A stretch of 64,000 nucleotides of DNA, from NCBI GenBank assembly GCA_964564865.1, contig CAZMDA010000004.1:7895-71894 (forward strand), written 5' to 3'. The position numbers were made by a program, and so were the translations under genes. Source of the DNA: an uncultured Bordetella sp. (lineage in GTDB: Bacteria; Pseudomonadota; Gammaproteobacteria; Burkholderiales; SG8-39). Positions within the stretch are counted from its first letter, which is position 1. Each line of letters opens with the position of its first letter. Of the stretch, positions 1 through 11,909 are shown piece by piece. Below the pieces are notes generated by a model. It had not been told where the DNA came from. It saw only the letters and a list, made by a program, of their open reading frames with translations, and ran no database searches.

Positions 1-566
1 TGGACTGCACCCCGGAGCAGCTGACGCAGTTCGGCCTCATGGGCGCGATGCTGGTGGCCGCCACCGAGCACAACGAGCGGCCCAGCGTCGGCCTGCTCAA
101 CATCGGCATCGAGGACATCAAGGGCAACGAGACCGTGAAGCGCGCCGCCGAGCTGCTGCGCGCGAGCGGCCTCAACTTCTACGGCAACGTCGAGGGCGAC
201 GACATCTTCAAGGGCACCACCGACGTGGTGGTCTGCGACGGCTTCGTCGGCAACTCGGTGCTCAAGGCCTCGGAGGGCGTGGCGAAGATGATCGTGGCGT
301 TCCTGAAGCAGGAGTTCTCGCGCAACGCGCTGCGCAAGCTCTCGGCGCTGGCGGCGATGCCGGTGCTCAACGCCATGAAGGCGCGCATGGACCCGGGCCG
401 CTACAACGGCGCCAGCCTGCTCGGCCTGCGCGGCATCGTCATCAAGAGCCACGGCTCGGCCGACGCCTATGCCTTCGGCCAGGCGCTGGCGCGGGCCGCG
501 GACGAGGTGCGCAACGACGTCGTCGCGCGCATCACCCATCGCCTGGCGCAACCGGGGGCCGCATGA
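1..566 (+). CDS. plsX: phosphate acyltransferase PlsX, C-terminal part (5' end outside window)
   Basis: Frame is open from the window edge ([16 protein letters not shown]...). The stretch [28 protein letters not shown] resembles the PlsX C-terminal half. ATGA overlap with fabH; canonical plsX-fab cluster position. Confidence 0.85.
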   Translation, partial: DCTPEQLTQFGLMGAMLVAATEHNERPSVGLLNIGIEDIKGNETVKRAAELLRASGLNFYGNVEGDDIFKGTTDVVVCDGFVGNSVLKASEGVAKMIVAFLKQEFSRNALRKLSALAAMPVLNAMKARMDPGRYNGASLLGLRGIVIKSHGSADAYAFGQALARAADEVRNDVVARITHRLAQPGAA

Positions 567-1528
567 GCCGGATCCATTCCCGCATCGCCGGCACCGGCAG
601 CTACCTGCCGCCGCGCGTCATGACCAACGCCGAGTTCGCGCAGCGCCTGGAGACCAGCGACGAGTGGATCCAGGAACGCACCGGCATCCGGCAGCGGCAC
701 ATCGCCGACGAATCCCAGGCATCGAGCGACCTGGCGCTGGAGGCGAGCCGCCGCGCCATCGAGGCCGCCGGGCTGCCGGCCTCGGCCATCGACCTCATCA
801 TCGTCGCCACCTCCACGCCGGACTACGTCTTCCCCAGCACCGCCTGCCTGCTGCAGGCGAAGCTGGGCGTCTCCAACTGCCCGGCCTTCGACGTGCAGGC
901 GGTGTGCAGTGGGTTCGTCTACGGCCTCGCGACCGCCGATAACTTCATCCGCGCCGGCTCGGCGAAGCACGCTCTCGTGGTCGGCGCCGAAGTGTTCTCC
1001 CGCATCCTGGACTGGAACGACCGCGGGACCTGCGTGCTGTTCGGCGACGGCGCCGGCGCGGTGGTGCTCTCGGCCGCGGACCAGCCGGGCATCCACGCCT
1101 CGGTCCTGCGCGCCGACGGCCGCCATGCCGGCATCCTGTCGGTGCCGGGCAACGTCTGCGGCGGCAGGATCGTCGGTTCGCCCTTCCTGCAGATGCAGGG
1201 CAACCAGGTGTTCAAGTTCGCGGTCAAGGTGCTGGACGAGGTGGCGCACGAGGTGCTGGCGGCTGCGGGCATGCAGGTGGCGGACGTGGACTGGCTGATT
1301 CCGCACCAGGCCAACGTGCGCATCCTGGAAGCGACGGCGAAGAAGCTGGGCCTGCCGCGCGAGAAGCTGGTGGTGACGGTGGATCACCATGGCAACACGT
1401 CGGCGGCCTCGGTGCCGCTGGCGCTGGACGAGTACGTGCGGGCGGGCAGGATCCGTCCCGGCCACCGGGTGATGCTGCAGGGCGTGGGCGGCGGCTTCAC
1501 CTGGGGCGCGACACTGGTCACGATGTAG
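563..1528 (+). CDS. fabH: 3-oxoacyl-ACP synthase III (KAS III)
   Basis: 321 aa. Has IAGTGSYLP at the N-terminus, the [13 protein letters not shown] active-site Cys context, and HQANVRI and GNTSAAS (Cys-His-Asn triad contexts). Confidence 0.95.
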   Translation: MSRIHSRIAGTGSYLPPRVMTNAEFAQRLETSDEWIQERTGIRQRHIADESQASSDLALEASRRAIEAAGLPASAIDLIIVATSTPDYVFPSTACLLQAKLGVSNCPAFDVQAVCSGFVYGLATADNFIRAGSAKHALVVGAEVFSRILDWNDRGTCVLFGDGAGAVVLSAADQPGIHASVLRADGRHAGILSVPGNVCGGRIVGSPFLQMQGNQVFKFAVKVLDEVAHEVLAAAGMQVADVDWLIPHQANVRILEATAKKLGLPREKLVVTVDHHGNTSAASVPLALDEYVRAGRIRPGHRVMLQGVGGGFTWGATLVTM

Positions 1529-1537
1529 GGGAGCGCG

Positions 1538-2473
1538 ATGAAGCTGGCGATGGTGTTTCCGGGGCAGGGTTCCCAGGCGGTCGGGATGCTCAAGGCCTAT
1601 GACGGCTTGCCCGGCGTGGACGAGGTGCGCGCCGAAGCCGGCGCGGCGCTGGGCGCGGATTTCCTCAAGCTGCTGGATGAAGGTCCGGCGGAGCAGCTCA
1701 ACCTGACCGTCAACACGCAGCCGGCCATGGTGACGGCCGCGATCGCGGCCTACCGGGCCTGGCGCGCGCTGGGCGGCGCCGAGCCCGCCATGGTCGCGGG
1801 CCACAGCCTGGGCGAGTACTCCGCGCTCGTGGCTGCCGGCGCGTTGCGCTTCGCCGACGCACTGCCGCTGGTCCGCTTCCGCGCGCAATCCATGCAGCAG
1901 GCGGTGCCGGAAGGCCAGGGCGCGATGGCCGCGATCCTCGGCCTGGAGGACGACGCGGCGCGCGCCGCCTGCGCCGAAGCGGCGCAGGGCGAGGTGGTCG
2001 AGGCGGTCAACTTCAACGCCCCGGGCCAGGTGGTGATCGCCGGGCACAAGGCGGCGGTGGCGCGCGCCATCGAGGCCTGCAAGGCGAAGGGCGCCAAGCG
2101 CGCCATGCCGCTGCCGGTGAGCGCGCCGTTCCATTCTTCGCTGCTCAGGCCCGCGGGCGAGAAGCTGCAGGGCTACCTGAAGGATGTCGCGCTGGGCGTG
2201 CCCGCGGTACCGCTGGTCAACAACGTGGACGTGAAGGTCGAGTCCGACCCGCACCGGATCCGCGACGCGCTGGTGCGGCAGGCCTCCGCGCCGGTGCGCT
2301 GGGTCGAGGTCATCCGGGCGATGGCCGACCAGGGCGTCACGCACGTCGTGGAATGCGGTCCGGGCAAGGTGCTGGCGGGCCTGGTGAAGAGAATCGACGC
2401 GCGGGTGCAGGGCATCGCCGCGGCGGACCGCGCCTCGCTCGAGGCCGCGCTGGCGGCGGTGAAGGGGGGATGA
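1538..2473 (+). CDS. fabD: malonyl-CoA:ACP transacylase
   Basis: 311 aa with FPGQGSQ and [10 protein letters not shown] motifs; sits between fabH and fabG. Confidence 0.95.
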   Translation: MKLAMVFPGQGSQAVGMLKAYDGLPGVDEVRAEAGAALGADFLKLLDEGPAEQLNLTVNTQPAMVTAAIAAYRAWRALGGAEPAMVAGHSLGEYSALVAAGALRFADALPLVRFRAQSMQQAVPEGQGAMAAILGLEDDAARAACAEAAQGEVVEAVNFNAPGQVVIAGHKAAVARAIEACKAKGAKRAMPLPVSAPFHSSLLRPAGEKLQGYLKDVALGVPAVPLVNNVDVKVESDPHRIRDALVRQASAPVRWVEVIRAMADQGVTHVVECGPGKVLAGLVKRIDARVQGIAAADRASLEAALAAVKGG

Positions 2474-3186
2474 GCATGCTCGAGGGCAGGGTCGCGCTGG
2501 TCACCGGCGCCTCGCGCGGTATCGGCCGCGCCATCGCCGTGGAACTGGCGAAGCAGGGTGCCCGGGTGATCGGCACCGCTACCACCGCAGAGGGCGCCGG
2601 GAAGATCACCGGGGACGGCCTCACCGGAAGGGCGCTCAACGTCACCAGCGCCGAGCAGTGCGAGGCACTGCTGAAGGAGCTGGGCGAGGTCCATGTCCTG
2701 GTCAACAATGCCGGCATCACGCGCGACAACCTCGCGCTGCGCATGAAGGATGCGGAGTGGGACGAGGTGATGGACACCAACCTGAAGGCGGTGTTCCGCC
2801 TGTCGCGCGCGGTGATGCGCGGCATGATGAAGGCGCGCTGGGGCCGGATCATCAACATTACCTCGGTGGTGGGCGCCTCGGGGAACGCGGGGCAGGCCAA
2901 CTACGCCGCCGCCAAGGCGGGCGTGGTCGGCATGACCAAGTCGCTGGCGCGCGAACTGGGCAGCCGCAACATCACGGTCAACTGCGTCGCGCCGGGGTTC
3001 ATCGACACCGACATGACGCGCGCGCTGCCCGAGGCGCAGCGGGAAGCCCTGCTGGGCCAGATCCCGCTCGGTCGGCTGGGCGCGGCCGAGGACATCGCCG
3101 CCGCGGTGGCCTACCTCGCCTCGCCGGCCGCGGGCTACGTGACGGGCACGGTGCTGCACGTCAACGGCGGCATGTACATGGCCTGA
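2470..3186 (+). CDS. fabG: 3-oxoacyl-ACP reductase (SDR)
   Basis: TGASRGIG cofactor motif, NNAG, YAAAKAG (Y-x3-K). Start moved from ORF-track 2353 to ATG 2470, which forms an ATGA overlap with the fabD stop. The upstream part of the ORF is Arg/Gly-rich and overlaps fabD. Confidence 0.93.
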   Translation: MSMLEGRVALVTGASRGIGRAIAVELAKQGARVIGTATTAEGAGKITGDGLTGRALNVTSAEQCEALLKELGEVHVLVNNAGITRDNLALRMKDAEWDEVMDTNLKAVFRLSRAVMRGMMKARWGRIINITSVVGASGNAGQANYAAAKAGVVGMTKSLARELGSRNITVNCVAPGFIDTDMTRALPEAQREALLGQIPLGRLGAAEDIAAAVAYLASPAAGYVTGTVLHVNGGMYMA

Positions 3187-3239
3187 GGCAGGGGCCGATT
3201 CCGGTAAAATATCGCCTGCGAACAGGGAAGGAGCAAGGC

Positions 3240-3479
3240 ATGGAAAACATCGAACAACGCGTCAAGAAGATCATTGCCGAGCAGCTCGGCGTCAACGAGG
3301 CCGAGATCAAGACCGAGTCGTCCTTCGTCGACGACCTGGGCGCCGACTCGCTCGACACCGTCGAGCTGGTGATGGCGCTGGAGGAGGAGTTCGAGACCGA
3401 GATCCCCGACGAGGACGCGGAGAAGATCACCACCGTCCAGCAGGCGATCGACTACGTGAAGTCGCACTCCAAGTCCTAG
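3240..3479 (+). CDS. acpP: acyl carrier protein
   Basis: 79 aa; [13 protein letters not shown] phosphopantetheine-Ser motif; GGAAGGAG Shine-Dalgarno a few nt upstream of ATG 3240. The longer ORF-track frame (from 2658) overlaps fabG. Confidence 0.97.
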   Translation: MENIEQRVKKIIAEQLGVNEAEIKTESSFVDDLGADSLDTVELVMALEEEFETEIPDEDAEKITTVQQAIDYVKSHSKS

Positions 3480-3484
3480 GACAC

Positions 3485-4723
<1,239 letters not shown>

Positions 4724-4730
4724 CCCGCGC

Positions 4731-5192
4731 TTGAACGGCGCGCTTCCCGTCACGCTCACCCTGTCGCCCTCGCCGGGCCTCGCCTTGTGCATCGTGGCGG
4801 CCCACGCCGCGGCGGCGGCCTGCCTGTACCTGCTGCTGCCTGGAATGCCGGGCGCGGCGCTCGCCCTGCTGGTCTTGGCGCTCGGCGTGGCCGTCGCTCG
4901 GGACCGGGCGCTGCTCGCGGCAGGGTCCTCCGTGCGCCGCCTGGACCTGGCCGCCGGGGATGCGGCGACGCTGTACCTGCGCGACGGCCGGCGGGTGCCG
5001 GCAGCGGTGGGGGCCGGGCGGCTGGTCAGCCGCCTGTGCGTGACCTTGCCGTTGCGGGCCCCCGGGCGCCGCAGCCTGCTCGTCACCCCCGCCATGCTGG
5101 AACCGGAATCGTTCCGGCTCCTCAGGCTCTGGGCCCTCTGGGGCCGGGTTCCCGGACCGGGCGCCGTGGCGTCCCGGCAACTGCCGGCCTGA
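4731..5192 (+). CDS. hypothetical two-TM membrane protein, possibly YgfX/CptA-like
   Basis: 153 aa, TTG start. Two hydrophobic stretches are followed by an Arg-rich soluble tail (...SLLVTPAMLEPESFRLLRLWAL). The layout is reminiscent of YgfX, but that assignment is from memory only. Confidence 0.4.
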   Translation: MNGALPVTLTLSPSPGLALCIVAAHAAAAACLYLLLPGMPGAALALLVLALGVAVARDRALLAAGSSVRRLDLAAGDAATLYLRDGRRVPAAVGAGRLVSRLCVTLPLRAPGRRSLLVTPAMLEPESFRLLRLWALWGRVPGPGAVASRQLPA

Positions 5193-5212
5193 GCGGGCCA
5201 CGGCCATGTCCC

Positions 5213-5239
5213 GAACTATTTGCAAACCGGCGTGTCTGT
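5213..5239 (+). promoter_or_regulatory. sigma-E (RpoE/AlgU)-type promoter upstream of rpoE
   Basis: GAACTA (5213-5218), 16-nt spacer, TCTGT (5235-5239), about 30 nt upstream of the rpoE start. Fits the autoregulated GAACTT-N16/17-TCTGA consensus. Confidence 0.5.
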
Positions 5240-5266
5240 GGCACATAGGCATCGCTGGCGTCGGGA

Positions 5267-5878
5267 GTGACGATGGCCCAGACTGACCGGGACATCGACC
5301 AGGCGCTGGTCGTGAGGGCGCAGCAGGGCGACAAGCGCGCCTTCGAGTTGCTGGTGGTGAAGTACCAGAGGAAGCTGGCCAGGCTGCTGTCGCGCCTGAT
5401 CCGCGACCCCGCTGAAGTCGAGGATGTCGCGCAGGAGGCGTTCATCAAGGCCTACCGCGCCCTGCCCAGCTTCCGCGGCGATAGCGCCTTCTACACCTGG
5501 CTCTATCGGATCGGGATCAACACCGCCAAGAACTACCTGATGGCGATGGGCCGCCGGGCGCCGACCTCCACGGAAGTGGAGGCGGAGGAGGCGGAAGGGT
5601 ACGAGGAAGGCGAGCAGTTGCGCGACATCAACACGCCGGAGAGCCTGGCGCTGTCGCGCGAGATCGGGGCGACCGTGAACGCCGCGATCGACGGGCTGCC
5701 CGAGGAGCTGCGCACGGCGATCCAGCTGCGCGAGCTCGAGGGCATGAGCTACGAGGACATTGCGCGCATCATGGATTGCCCGATCGGTACCGTGCGGTCG
5801 CGGATCTTCAGGGCGCGCGAGGCGATCTCGGACAAGCTCAAGCCCCTGCTCGACACGGCGAAGGACAAGCGATGGTGA
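5267..5878 (+). CDS. rpoE: ECF sigma factor sigma-E
   Basis: 203 aa. QQGDKRAFELLVVKYQRKL...DVAQEAFIKAYRAL (region 2) and SYEDIARIMDCPIGTVRSRIFRAREA (region 4 HTH). Followed by anti-sigma genes. Confidence 0.93.
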   Translation: MTMAQTDRDIDQALVVRAQQGDKRAFELLVVKYQRKLARLLSRLIRDPAEVEDVAQEAFIKAYRALPSFRGDSAFYTWLYRIGINTAKNYLMAMGRRAPTSTEVEAEEAEGYEEGEQLRDINTPESLALSREIGATVNAAIDGLPEELRTAIQLRELEGMSYEDIARIMDCPIGTVRSRIFRAREAISDKLKPLLDTAKDKRW

Positions 5879-5891
5879 AGCGGGTGAAACG

Positions 5892-6428
5892 ATGACGATG
5901 CAGAGAATCTCCGAGCTGGCCGACGGCGAGCTCGACGGCCATGAGGCCGCCGGCGCCTACGCGGCCCTGAAGTCGGGCGGCGAGGCCCTCGAGGCCTGGC
6001 GCCGGTACCACCTCATCAGCGACGCGATGCGCGACACCGGGCTGCTCTCGGCCGGGTTCGCCGACCGGGTGGCCGCCCGGCTGGCCTCGGAACCCACGGT
6101 GCTCGCGCCCAAGGCCCTGGCCGCGCCGGCGCGCCGCGGCCTGCCCTGGTACGCGACCCGGGTCGCCGCCGGGATCGCGGCGGTCGGCTTCGTCGGCCTG
6201 GTCGCCAATTCCATGCTTGACCAGGGATCCGGACCAGCGCCGCTGGCGCAGCAACCCAAGCCGGCTGCAGCTGTGGCGGAATCCGCCCCGGCCGTCGTGC
6301 CCGCTTCGGATTCCGCGAAGGATTACATGCAGGCGCACCAGGGCTACTCGCCGCGCAATGCGCTGCAGGGCTACGTCGACACCCGCCAGGTGCAGACCGT
6401 TTCGGGAAGGGCCCCCCGGCAGCCATGA
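5892..6428 (+). CDS. rseA: anti-sigma-E factor (RseA/MucA-like)
   Basis: The N-terminus ISELADGELDG...EALEAWRRYHLISDAMR is the typical RseA N-terminal anti-sigma pattern; central TM segment; lies directly after rpoE. Start set at ATG 5892 inside ORF 5760..6428. Confidence 0.75.
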   Translation: MTMQRISELADGELDGHEAAGAYAALKSGGEALEAWRRYHLISDAMRDTGLLSAGFADRVAARLASEPTVLAPKALAAPARRGLPWYATRVAAGIAAVGFVGLVANSMLDQGSGPAPLAQQPKPAAAVAESAPAVVPASDSAKDYMQAHQGYSPRNALQGYVDTRQVQTVSGRAPRQP

Positions 6429-7390
6429 GGCGCGCCATCGGTGCACTCGTCGCGGCCGCCGCCTTCGCCGGCGCCGCCCAGGCGCAGGCGCCGGCCGCGG
6501 ACGGCGTGAGCCTGCTGGGCCGCATCTACCAGGCCACCGAGAAGCTGTCCTACAGCGGCACCTTCGTCTACCAGCAGGGCGACCGGGTCGAGACCTCGCG
6601 CATCAGCCGCGCCAGCGGCCCGGGCGGGGAACTGGAGAAGATCGAGGTGCTGGACGGGCCGCGGCGCGAGATCCTGCGCACGCGCGACACCATCAAGTGC
6701 TTCCTGCCGGACACCCAGACCATCAAGGTGGAGCGGCGCGTCGACCAGCGCGCCTTCCCCGCGATGCTGCCGGAGAAGTTCGCCGAGCTGGCCCAGCACT
6801 ACACCGTGTCGCGCGGCGAACCGGCCCGCATCGCCGGCTACGACTGCGAATCCGTGGTGCTGACGCCGAAGGATGACCTGCGCTACGGCTACAAGCTGTG
6901 GGCCGACACCGCGACCGGAATGCTGCTGCGCGCGCGCACCTTCAACGCCCGGGGCGAGACCGTGGAGCAGTTCAGCTTCACGCAGCTCTCGATCGGCAAC
7001 GTGCCGCGCGAGCGGCTCAAGCCCCTGCGCGCAGCGCGCAACTGGCGCGTCGAGCACGCGTCGCTGGCGCCGGCCAACCTCGCCGGCGCGGGCTGGACCC
7101 TGGGCGCGGAGCTGCCGGGGTTCCGCAAGGTGTTCGAGCTGACGCGGCGGCTGGGCGAGTCCAGGCCGGTGAACCAGGTGGTGTACTCGGACGGTCTGGC
7201 GGCGGTGTCTGTGTTCATCGAGCCGCTCGCGGGCCGCGCCGAGGCGGTCCGCCCGGGCCTGTCCAACCTGGGCGCGGCGAACCTGTACACCCGCGAGGTG
7301 GCCAACCACCTCGTGACCGTCGTCGGCGAGGCGCCGGCGGCGAGCCTGCAGCGCATCGGCAACACCGTCGAGTACCGCCAGCCGCGGTAA
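6425..7390 (+). CDS. rseB: sigma-E regulatory protein RseB/MucB
   Basis: 321 aa with signal peptide (AAAFAGAAQA). ATGA overlap with rseA; position and length fit MucB/RseB. Confidence 0.85.
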   Translation: MRRAIGALVAAAAFAGAAQAQAPAADGVSLLGRIYQATEKLSYSGTFVYQQGDRVETSRISRASGPGGELEKIEVLDGPRREILRTRDTIKCFLPDTQTIKVERRVDQRAFPAMLPEKFAELAQHYTVSRGEPARIAGYDCESVVLTPKDDLRYGYKLWADTATGMLLRARTFNARGETVEQFSFTQLSIGNVPRERLKPLRAARNWRVEHASLAPANLAGAGWTLGAELPGFRKVFELTRRLGESRPVNQVVYSDGLAAVSVFIEPLAGRAEAVRPGLSNLGAANLYTREVANHLVTVVGEAPAASLQRIGNTVEYRQPR

Positions 7391-7427
7391 CCCCCCTCCC
7401 GCACCGCCTGAATCACCGAGGATCGAG

Positions 7428-8858
7428 ATGAGCGTGCTCAAGAACTGGACCGCAGTGCTGTTGCTGGCGTTCGCCTCCGGCGCCGCCGCGCAGGGCCGGG
7501 ACCTGCCGGACTTCACCCGCCTGGTCGAGGACCAGGGCGCCGCGGTGGTCAACATCAGCACCACCCAGGCGGTGCGCCGGCCGGCGCTGCCGCAGATCCC
7601 GAACATGGATGATGACGAGGTGCAGGAGTTCTTCCGCCGCTTCATCCCGCGCCAGCAGCCCGGGCCGCAGCAGGGCCCGCGGCCGGAGAGCCGTTCCCTG
7701 GGCTCGGGCTTCATCATCAGCGGCGACGGCTACATCCTCACCAACGCGCACGTGGTGGACGGCGCCGAGGAGATCACGGTCAAGTTCACCGACAAGCGCG
7801 AGTTCAAGGCCCGCGTCGTCGGCACCGACCGGCGCACCGACGTGGCGCTGATCAAGATCGAGCCCGCCGGCGCGCTGCCGACGGTCAAGTTCGGCGACCC
7901 GAACCGCCTCAAGGTCGGCGAATGGGTGCTGGCCATCGGCTCGCCGTTCGGCTTCGAGAACACGGTGACCGCGGGCATCGTCTCGGCCAAGGGCCGCTCG
8001 CTGCCGCAGGAGAACTTCGTGCCGTTCATCCAGACCGACGTCGCCATCAACCCGGGCAACTCGGGCGGGCCGCTGTTCAACATGCGCGGCGAGGTGGTGG
8101 GGATCAACTCCCAGATCTACAGCCGCACCGGCGGCTTCATGGGCCTGTCGTTCGCCATCCCGATCGACGTCGCCATGGACATCCAGAAGCAGCTGCGCGA
8201 GTCCGGGCGCGTGTCGCGCGGGCGCATCGGCGTGGTCATCCAGGAGGTCTCCCGGGACCTCGCCACCTCCTTCGGCCTGGACCGGCCGCGCGGCGCGCTG
8301 GTCAACTCGGTGGAGAAGGGCAGCCCGGCGGACAAGGCCGGCGTGCAGGCGACCGACATCATCGTCAAGTTCGACGGCAAGGCGGTGGAAGCCTCCGGCG
8401 ACCTGCCGCGCATCGTGGGCGGGACGCGTCCCGGGTCGAAGGCGGAGGTCGAGGTCTGGCGCAAGGGCGCCACGCGCACCCTGTCGCTGACCGTGGGCGA
8501 GCTGCAGGAGGAACGGGTTGCGGCGCGCGACAAGCCGCGCGCCCAGAAGCCGGAGGCCGTGGCGGCCAACCGGCTCGGGCTGGTGGTCGCCGAGCTCTCG
8601 GCCAAGCAGAAGGAGGACCTCAAGCTGCAGCACGGACTGGTGGTGACCGAAGTGAAGGCGGAGGCGCGCGCCGAGGTCCGCCGCGGCGACGTGCTGCTCA
8701 CGCTGGTGCACAAGGGCCAGCACACCGACCTCAAGTCGGTGGAGCAGCTGAACAAGCTGCTGGGCGGCCTGGACAAGAACGCGGTCATCACGCTGCAGGT
8801 GCGGCGCGGCGAATCCGTGGCGTTCGTCACGGTGAACGGGCTCACCGACAAGGGCTGA
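7428..8858 (+). CDS. degP: periplasmic serine endoprotease DegP/MucD family
   Basis: Signal peptide; GSGFIISGDGYILTNAHVV (His) and GNSGGPLFN (Ser); C-terminal region long enough for two PDZ domains. Confidence 0.93.
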   Translation: MSVLKNWTAVLLLAFASGAAAQGRDLPDFTRLVEDQGAAVVNISTTQAVRRPALPQIPNMDDDEVQEFFRRFIPRQQPGPQQGPRPESRSLGSGFIISGDGYILTNAHVVDGAEEITVKFTDKREFKARVVGTDRRTDVALIKIEPAGALPTVKFGDPNRLKVGEWVLAIGSPFGFENTVTAGIVSAKGRSLPQENFVPFIQTDVAINPGNSGGPLFNMRGEVVGINSQIYSRTGGFMGLSFAIPIDVAMDIQKQLRESGRVSRGRIGVVIQEVSRDLATSFGLDRPRGALVNSVEKGSPADKAGVQATDIIVKFDGKAVEASGDLPRIVGGTRPGSKAEVEVWRKGATRTLSLTVGELQEERVAARDKPRAQKPEAVAANRLGLVVAELSAKQKEDLKLQHGLVVTEVKAEARAEVRRGDVLLTLVHKGQHTDLKSVEQLNKLLGGLDKNAVITLQVRRGESVAFVTVNGLTDKG

Positions 8859-8890
8859 GCCCCTTTTTGCTGTAAAATCGCGGCTTTACG

Positions 8891-8919
8891 GAGGGTGCCT
8901 GGGGCACCCTCTTTGCTTG
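8891..8919 (+). terminator. rho-independent terminator after degP
   Basis: Perfect 9-bp stem GAGGGTGCC / GGCACCCTC with a 3-nt loop, followed by TTTGCTTGT. Confidence 0.7.
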
Positions 8920-8933
8920 TAGCCCAGAGCCGC

Positions 8934-10730
8934 GTGCAGAACCGCATCCGCAACTTCTCCATCATCGCCCACATCGACCACGGCAAGTCCACGCTGGCGG
9001 ACCGGTTCATCCAGCTGTGCGGCGGGCTTGCGGACCGGGAGATGGCCGACCAGGTGCTCGACTCCATGGAGCTGGAGCGCGAGCGCGGCATCACGATCAA
9101 GGCGCAGACCGTGGCGCTGTCCTACAAGGCGAAGGACGGGCAGACCTACCTGCTGAACCTGATCGACACCCCGGGCCACGTCGACTTCTCCTACGAGGTG
9201 AGCCGGTCGCTCGCCGCCTGCGAGGGCGCGCTGCTGGTGGTGGACGCCTCGCAGGGCGTCGAGGCGCAGACGGTGGCCAACTGCTACACCGCGACGGAGC
9301 AGGGCGTCGAGGTGATCCCGGTGCTGAACAAGATCGACCTGCCTTCGGCCGACCCGGAGAACGCCATCGCCGAGATCGAGGACGTGATCGGCATCGATGC
9401 CAAGGACGCGCTGCGGGTGAGCGCGAAGACCGGCCTGGGCGTGCCCGAGATCCTGGAGGAGGTGATCCGGCGCGTCCCGGCGCCCAGGGGCGACCCCGAG
9501 GCGCGCCTCAAGGCGCTGATCATCGATTCCTGGTTCGACAACTACGTCGGCGTGGTGATGCTGGTGCGGGTGGTGGACGGCGTGCTCCGGCCCAAGGACC
9601 GGATCCTGCTGATGAGCAACGGCGCCCAGCACGCCTGCGAGCAGCTGGGCGTGTTCACGCCCAAGGCCTCGCAGCGGGCCAGCCTGTCGGCCGGCGAGGT
9701 CGGGTTCGTGGTCGCCGGCATCAAGGAACTGCGCGAGGCCAAGGTGGGCGACACCCTGACCCGGGCCGACAAGCCCGCGGACAGGCCGCTGCCCGGCTTC
9801 AAGGAGGTCAAGCCGCAGGTGTTCGCCGGCCTGTACCCGGTCGAGTCCAACCAGTACGAGGCGATGCGCGACGCGCTGGAGAAGCTGCACCTGAACGACG
9901 CCTCGTTCCTGTACGAGCCGGAAACCTCCCAGGCGCTCGGCTTCGGCTTCCGCTGCGGCTTCCTCGGGCTGCTGCACATGGACATCGTGCAGGAGCGCCT
10001 GGAGCGCGAGTACGGCGTCGAGCTGATCACCACCGCCCCCTCGGTGGTCTACGAGGTGCAGTTGCGCGACGGCACCGTGGAGGTCATCTCCAACCCGGCG
10101 CGGCTGCCGGACCCCTCGAAGATCGAGGAGATCCGCGAGCCGATGATCGCGACCACGATCTTCGTGCCGCAGGAGTACGTCGGCCCGGTGATGACGCTGT
10201 GCCTGCAGAAGCGCGGCACGCAGACCAACCTGCATTACTCGTCGCGGCACGTGGTGCTGTCCTACGACCTGCCGCTGTCGGAGGTGGTGCTGGACTTCTT
10301 CGACCGCCTGAAGTCGCTCACGCGCGGCTACGGCTCGCTCGACTACGACTTCAAGGAGTACCGCGCCGCGGACGTGGTGCGCCTCGACGTGCTGGTGAAC
10401 GGCGACAAGGTGGACGCGCTCTCCAGCATGGTGCACCGCGAGTCGGCGCAGCATCGCGGCCGCGAGCTGGTGATTCGCCTGCGCGGCCTGATCCCGCGCC
10501 AGATGTTCGACGTCGCCATCCAGGCCGCGATCGGGGCCAACATCGTGGCGCGCGAAAACGTGAAGGCGCTGCGCAAGAACGTGATCGCCAAGTGCTACGG
10601 CGGCGACGTCAGCCGCAAGCGCAAGCTGCTCGACCGGCAGAAGGAAGGCAAGAAGCGCATGAAGCAGGTGGGCTCGGTGGAGATCCCGCAGGAGGCCTTC
10701 CTCGCCGTGCTGCAGATGGGCGACAAGTGA
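8934..10730 (+). CDS. lepA: elongation factor 4
   Basis: [18 protein letters not shown] (G1), DTPGHVDF (G3), NKID (G4). Start placed at in-frame GTG 8934, because ORF-track start 8895 would lie inside the terminator hairpin. Confidence 0.95.
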   Translation: MQNRIRNFSIIAHIDHGKSTLADRFIQLCGGLADREMADQVLDSMELERERGITIKAQTVALSYKAKDGQTYLLNLIDTPGHVDFSYEVSRSLAACEGALLVVDASQGVEAQTVANCYTATEQGVEVIPVLNKIDLPSADPENAIAEIEDVIGIDAKDALRVSAKTGLGVPEILEEVIRRVPAPRGDPEARLKALIIDSWFDNYVGVVMLVRVVDGVLRPKDRILLMSNGAQHACEQLGVFTPKASQRASLSAGEVGFVVAGIKELREAKVGDTLTRADKPADRPLPGFKEVKPQVFAGLYPVESNQYEAMRDALEKLHLNDASFLYEPETSQALGFGFRCGFLGLLHMDIVQERLEREYGVELITTAPSVVYEVQLRDGTVEVISNPARLPDPSKIEEIREPMIATTIFVPQEYVGPVMTLCLQKRGTQTNLHYSSRHVVLSYDLPLSEVVLDFFDRLKSLTRGYGSLDYDFKEYRAADVVRLDVLVNGDKVDALSSMVHRESAQHRGRELVIRLRGLIPRQMFDVAIQAAIGANIVARENVKALRKNVIAKCYGGDVSRKRKLLDRQKEGKKRMKQVGSVEIPQEAFLAVLQMGDK

Positions 10731-10731
10731 C

Positions 10732-11520
10732 ATGACCTTTGCGCTGTTCCTGCTCGCCCTGCTGGTGGTCACCGGCGTGGTCTGGGCGCTGGAGGCCGGC
10801 TGGCTGCGCCGGCGCCGCGCCGCCGGGGCGAAGCAGCCCTGGTGGGTGGAGTACTCGGTCAGCTTCTTCCCGGTGATCCTGGTGGTGTTCCTGCTGCGCT
10901 CGTTCCTGGTCGAGCCGTTCAAGATCCCCTCGGGCTCCATGATCCCGACCCTGCTGGTGGGCGACTTCATCCTGGTCAACAAGTACACCTACGGCATCCG
11001 GGTGCCGGTGCTCAACAACAAGCTGGTCGAGGTCAACCTGCCGCAGCGCGGCGACGTCATGGTGTTCCGGTATCCGGACGACCCGACGCTCGACTACATC
11101 AAGCGCGTGGTCGGGCTGCCGGGCGACCGCATCGAGTACCGGGACAAGCGCCTCACGATCAACGGCGCCCAGGTGCCGCTGCGGCAGGTGGAGGACTACC
11201 TGCACCGGGAGCGGATGCAGTTCGCGCGCCGCTACGTGGAGACCCTCGGCGGCGCCAGCCACGAGATCCTGCTCGAGGACGAGGCGCAGGGCTACCTGCC
11301 GTCGCAGCGCTCGTTCCCGTTCGCCGGGAATTGCACTTACAATAGCGCCGGGCTGGCCTGCACGGTGCCGGCCGGACACTACTTCGTCATGGGCGACAAC
11401 CGCGACAATTCGAGCGACAGCCGGGTCTGGGGCTTCGTCCCGGACGGCAACGTCGTCGGCAAGGCGTTTTTCATCTGGCTGAACCTGAACGAGCTGGGCC
11501 GCTTCGGCCCGTTCAAATGA
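10732..11520 (+). CDS. lepB: signal peptidase I
   Basis: N-terminal TM; IPSGSMIPTL (Ser), KRVVGLPGD (Lys), GDNRDNSSDSR box. Confidence 0.93.
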   Translation: MTFALFLLALLVVTGVVWALEAGWLRRRRAAGAKQPWWVEYSVSFFPVILVVFLLRSFLVEPFKIPSGSMIPTLLVGDFILVNKYTYGIRVPVLNNKLVEVNLPQRGDVMVFRYPDDPTLDYIKRVVGLPGDRIEYRDKRLTINGAQVPLRQVEDYLHRERMQFARRYVETLGGASHEILLEDEAQGYLPSQRSFPFAGNCTYNSAGLACTVPAGHYFVMGDNRDNSSDSRVWGFVPDGNVVGKAFFIWLNLNELGRFGPFK

Positions 11521-11555
11521 GCGGTTCTTCGGGCAGCCCCACCGGGAGAGCGAAC

Positions 11556-11909
11556 ATGGTCAGAAAGCAGCTCGGATTCAGCCTCGGGGCCCTGATGGCC
11601 GGGGCCTTCGTGTTCATCATCCTCGCGCTGCTGGGCATGAAGGTCGCGCCCTCGTACATGGAGTTCTACACCATCAAGAGCGCGCTGAGCGCCATGTCGA
11701 CCGAGAAGCGCGGCGCGACGCCGAACGACATCCGCAAGGCGTTCGACCAGCGCGCCCAGGTCGACGACATCACCACCATCAAGGGTTCCGACCTGGAGAT
11801 CACCAAGGAAGGCAACGAGATCGTGATCAACGCCGCCTACCGCAAGGAGATCCCGCTGTTCCGCAACATCGGGCTGCACATCGATTTTGCGGCAAGCTCC
11901 AAGGAATAG
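11556..11909 (+). CDS. DUF4845-like small membrane-anchored protein
   Basis: MVRKQLGFSLGALMAGAFVFIILALLGMK is a pseudopilin-like N-terminus. GGGAGAG SD lies upstream of ATG 11556. An alternative start at 11517 gives an ATGA overlap with lepB. Conserved lepB-x-rnc position. Confidence 0.6.
   Translation: MVRKQLGFSLGALMAGAFVFIILALLGMKVAPSYMEFYTIKSALSAMSTEKRGATPNDIRKAFDQRAQVDDITTIKGSDLEITKEGNEIVINAAYRKEIPLFRNIGLHIDFAASSKE

Noticed and set aside
467-2344. 625-aa minus-strand ORF antisense to plsX/fabH/fabD. Similar long ORFs occur at 3476..5095(-), 8886..10988(-), 11827..14235(-), 17001..19382(-), 16967..19516(+), 21493..23028(-), 27572..29587(+), 31211..32863(-) and 32626..34614(+).
   Set aside because: These are shadow ORFs typical of very GC-rich DNA. 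Their translations are Arg/Ala/Gly/Pro/His-rich with no motifs. Each lies opposite to, or out of frame with, a gene that has clear family signatures.
8871-8878. TGTAAAAT upstream of lepA and GGTAAAAT (3203-3210) upstream of acpP as -10 promoter elements.
   Set aside because: The hexamers are plausible, but there are no convincing -35 boxes. The lepA one precedes a strong terminator hairpin. The evidence is too weak to list them as features.
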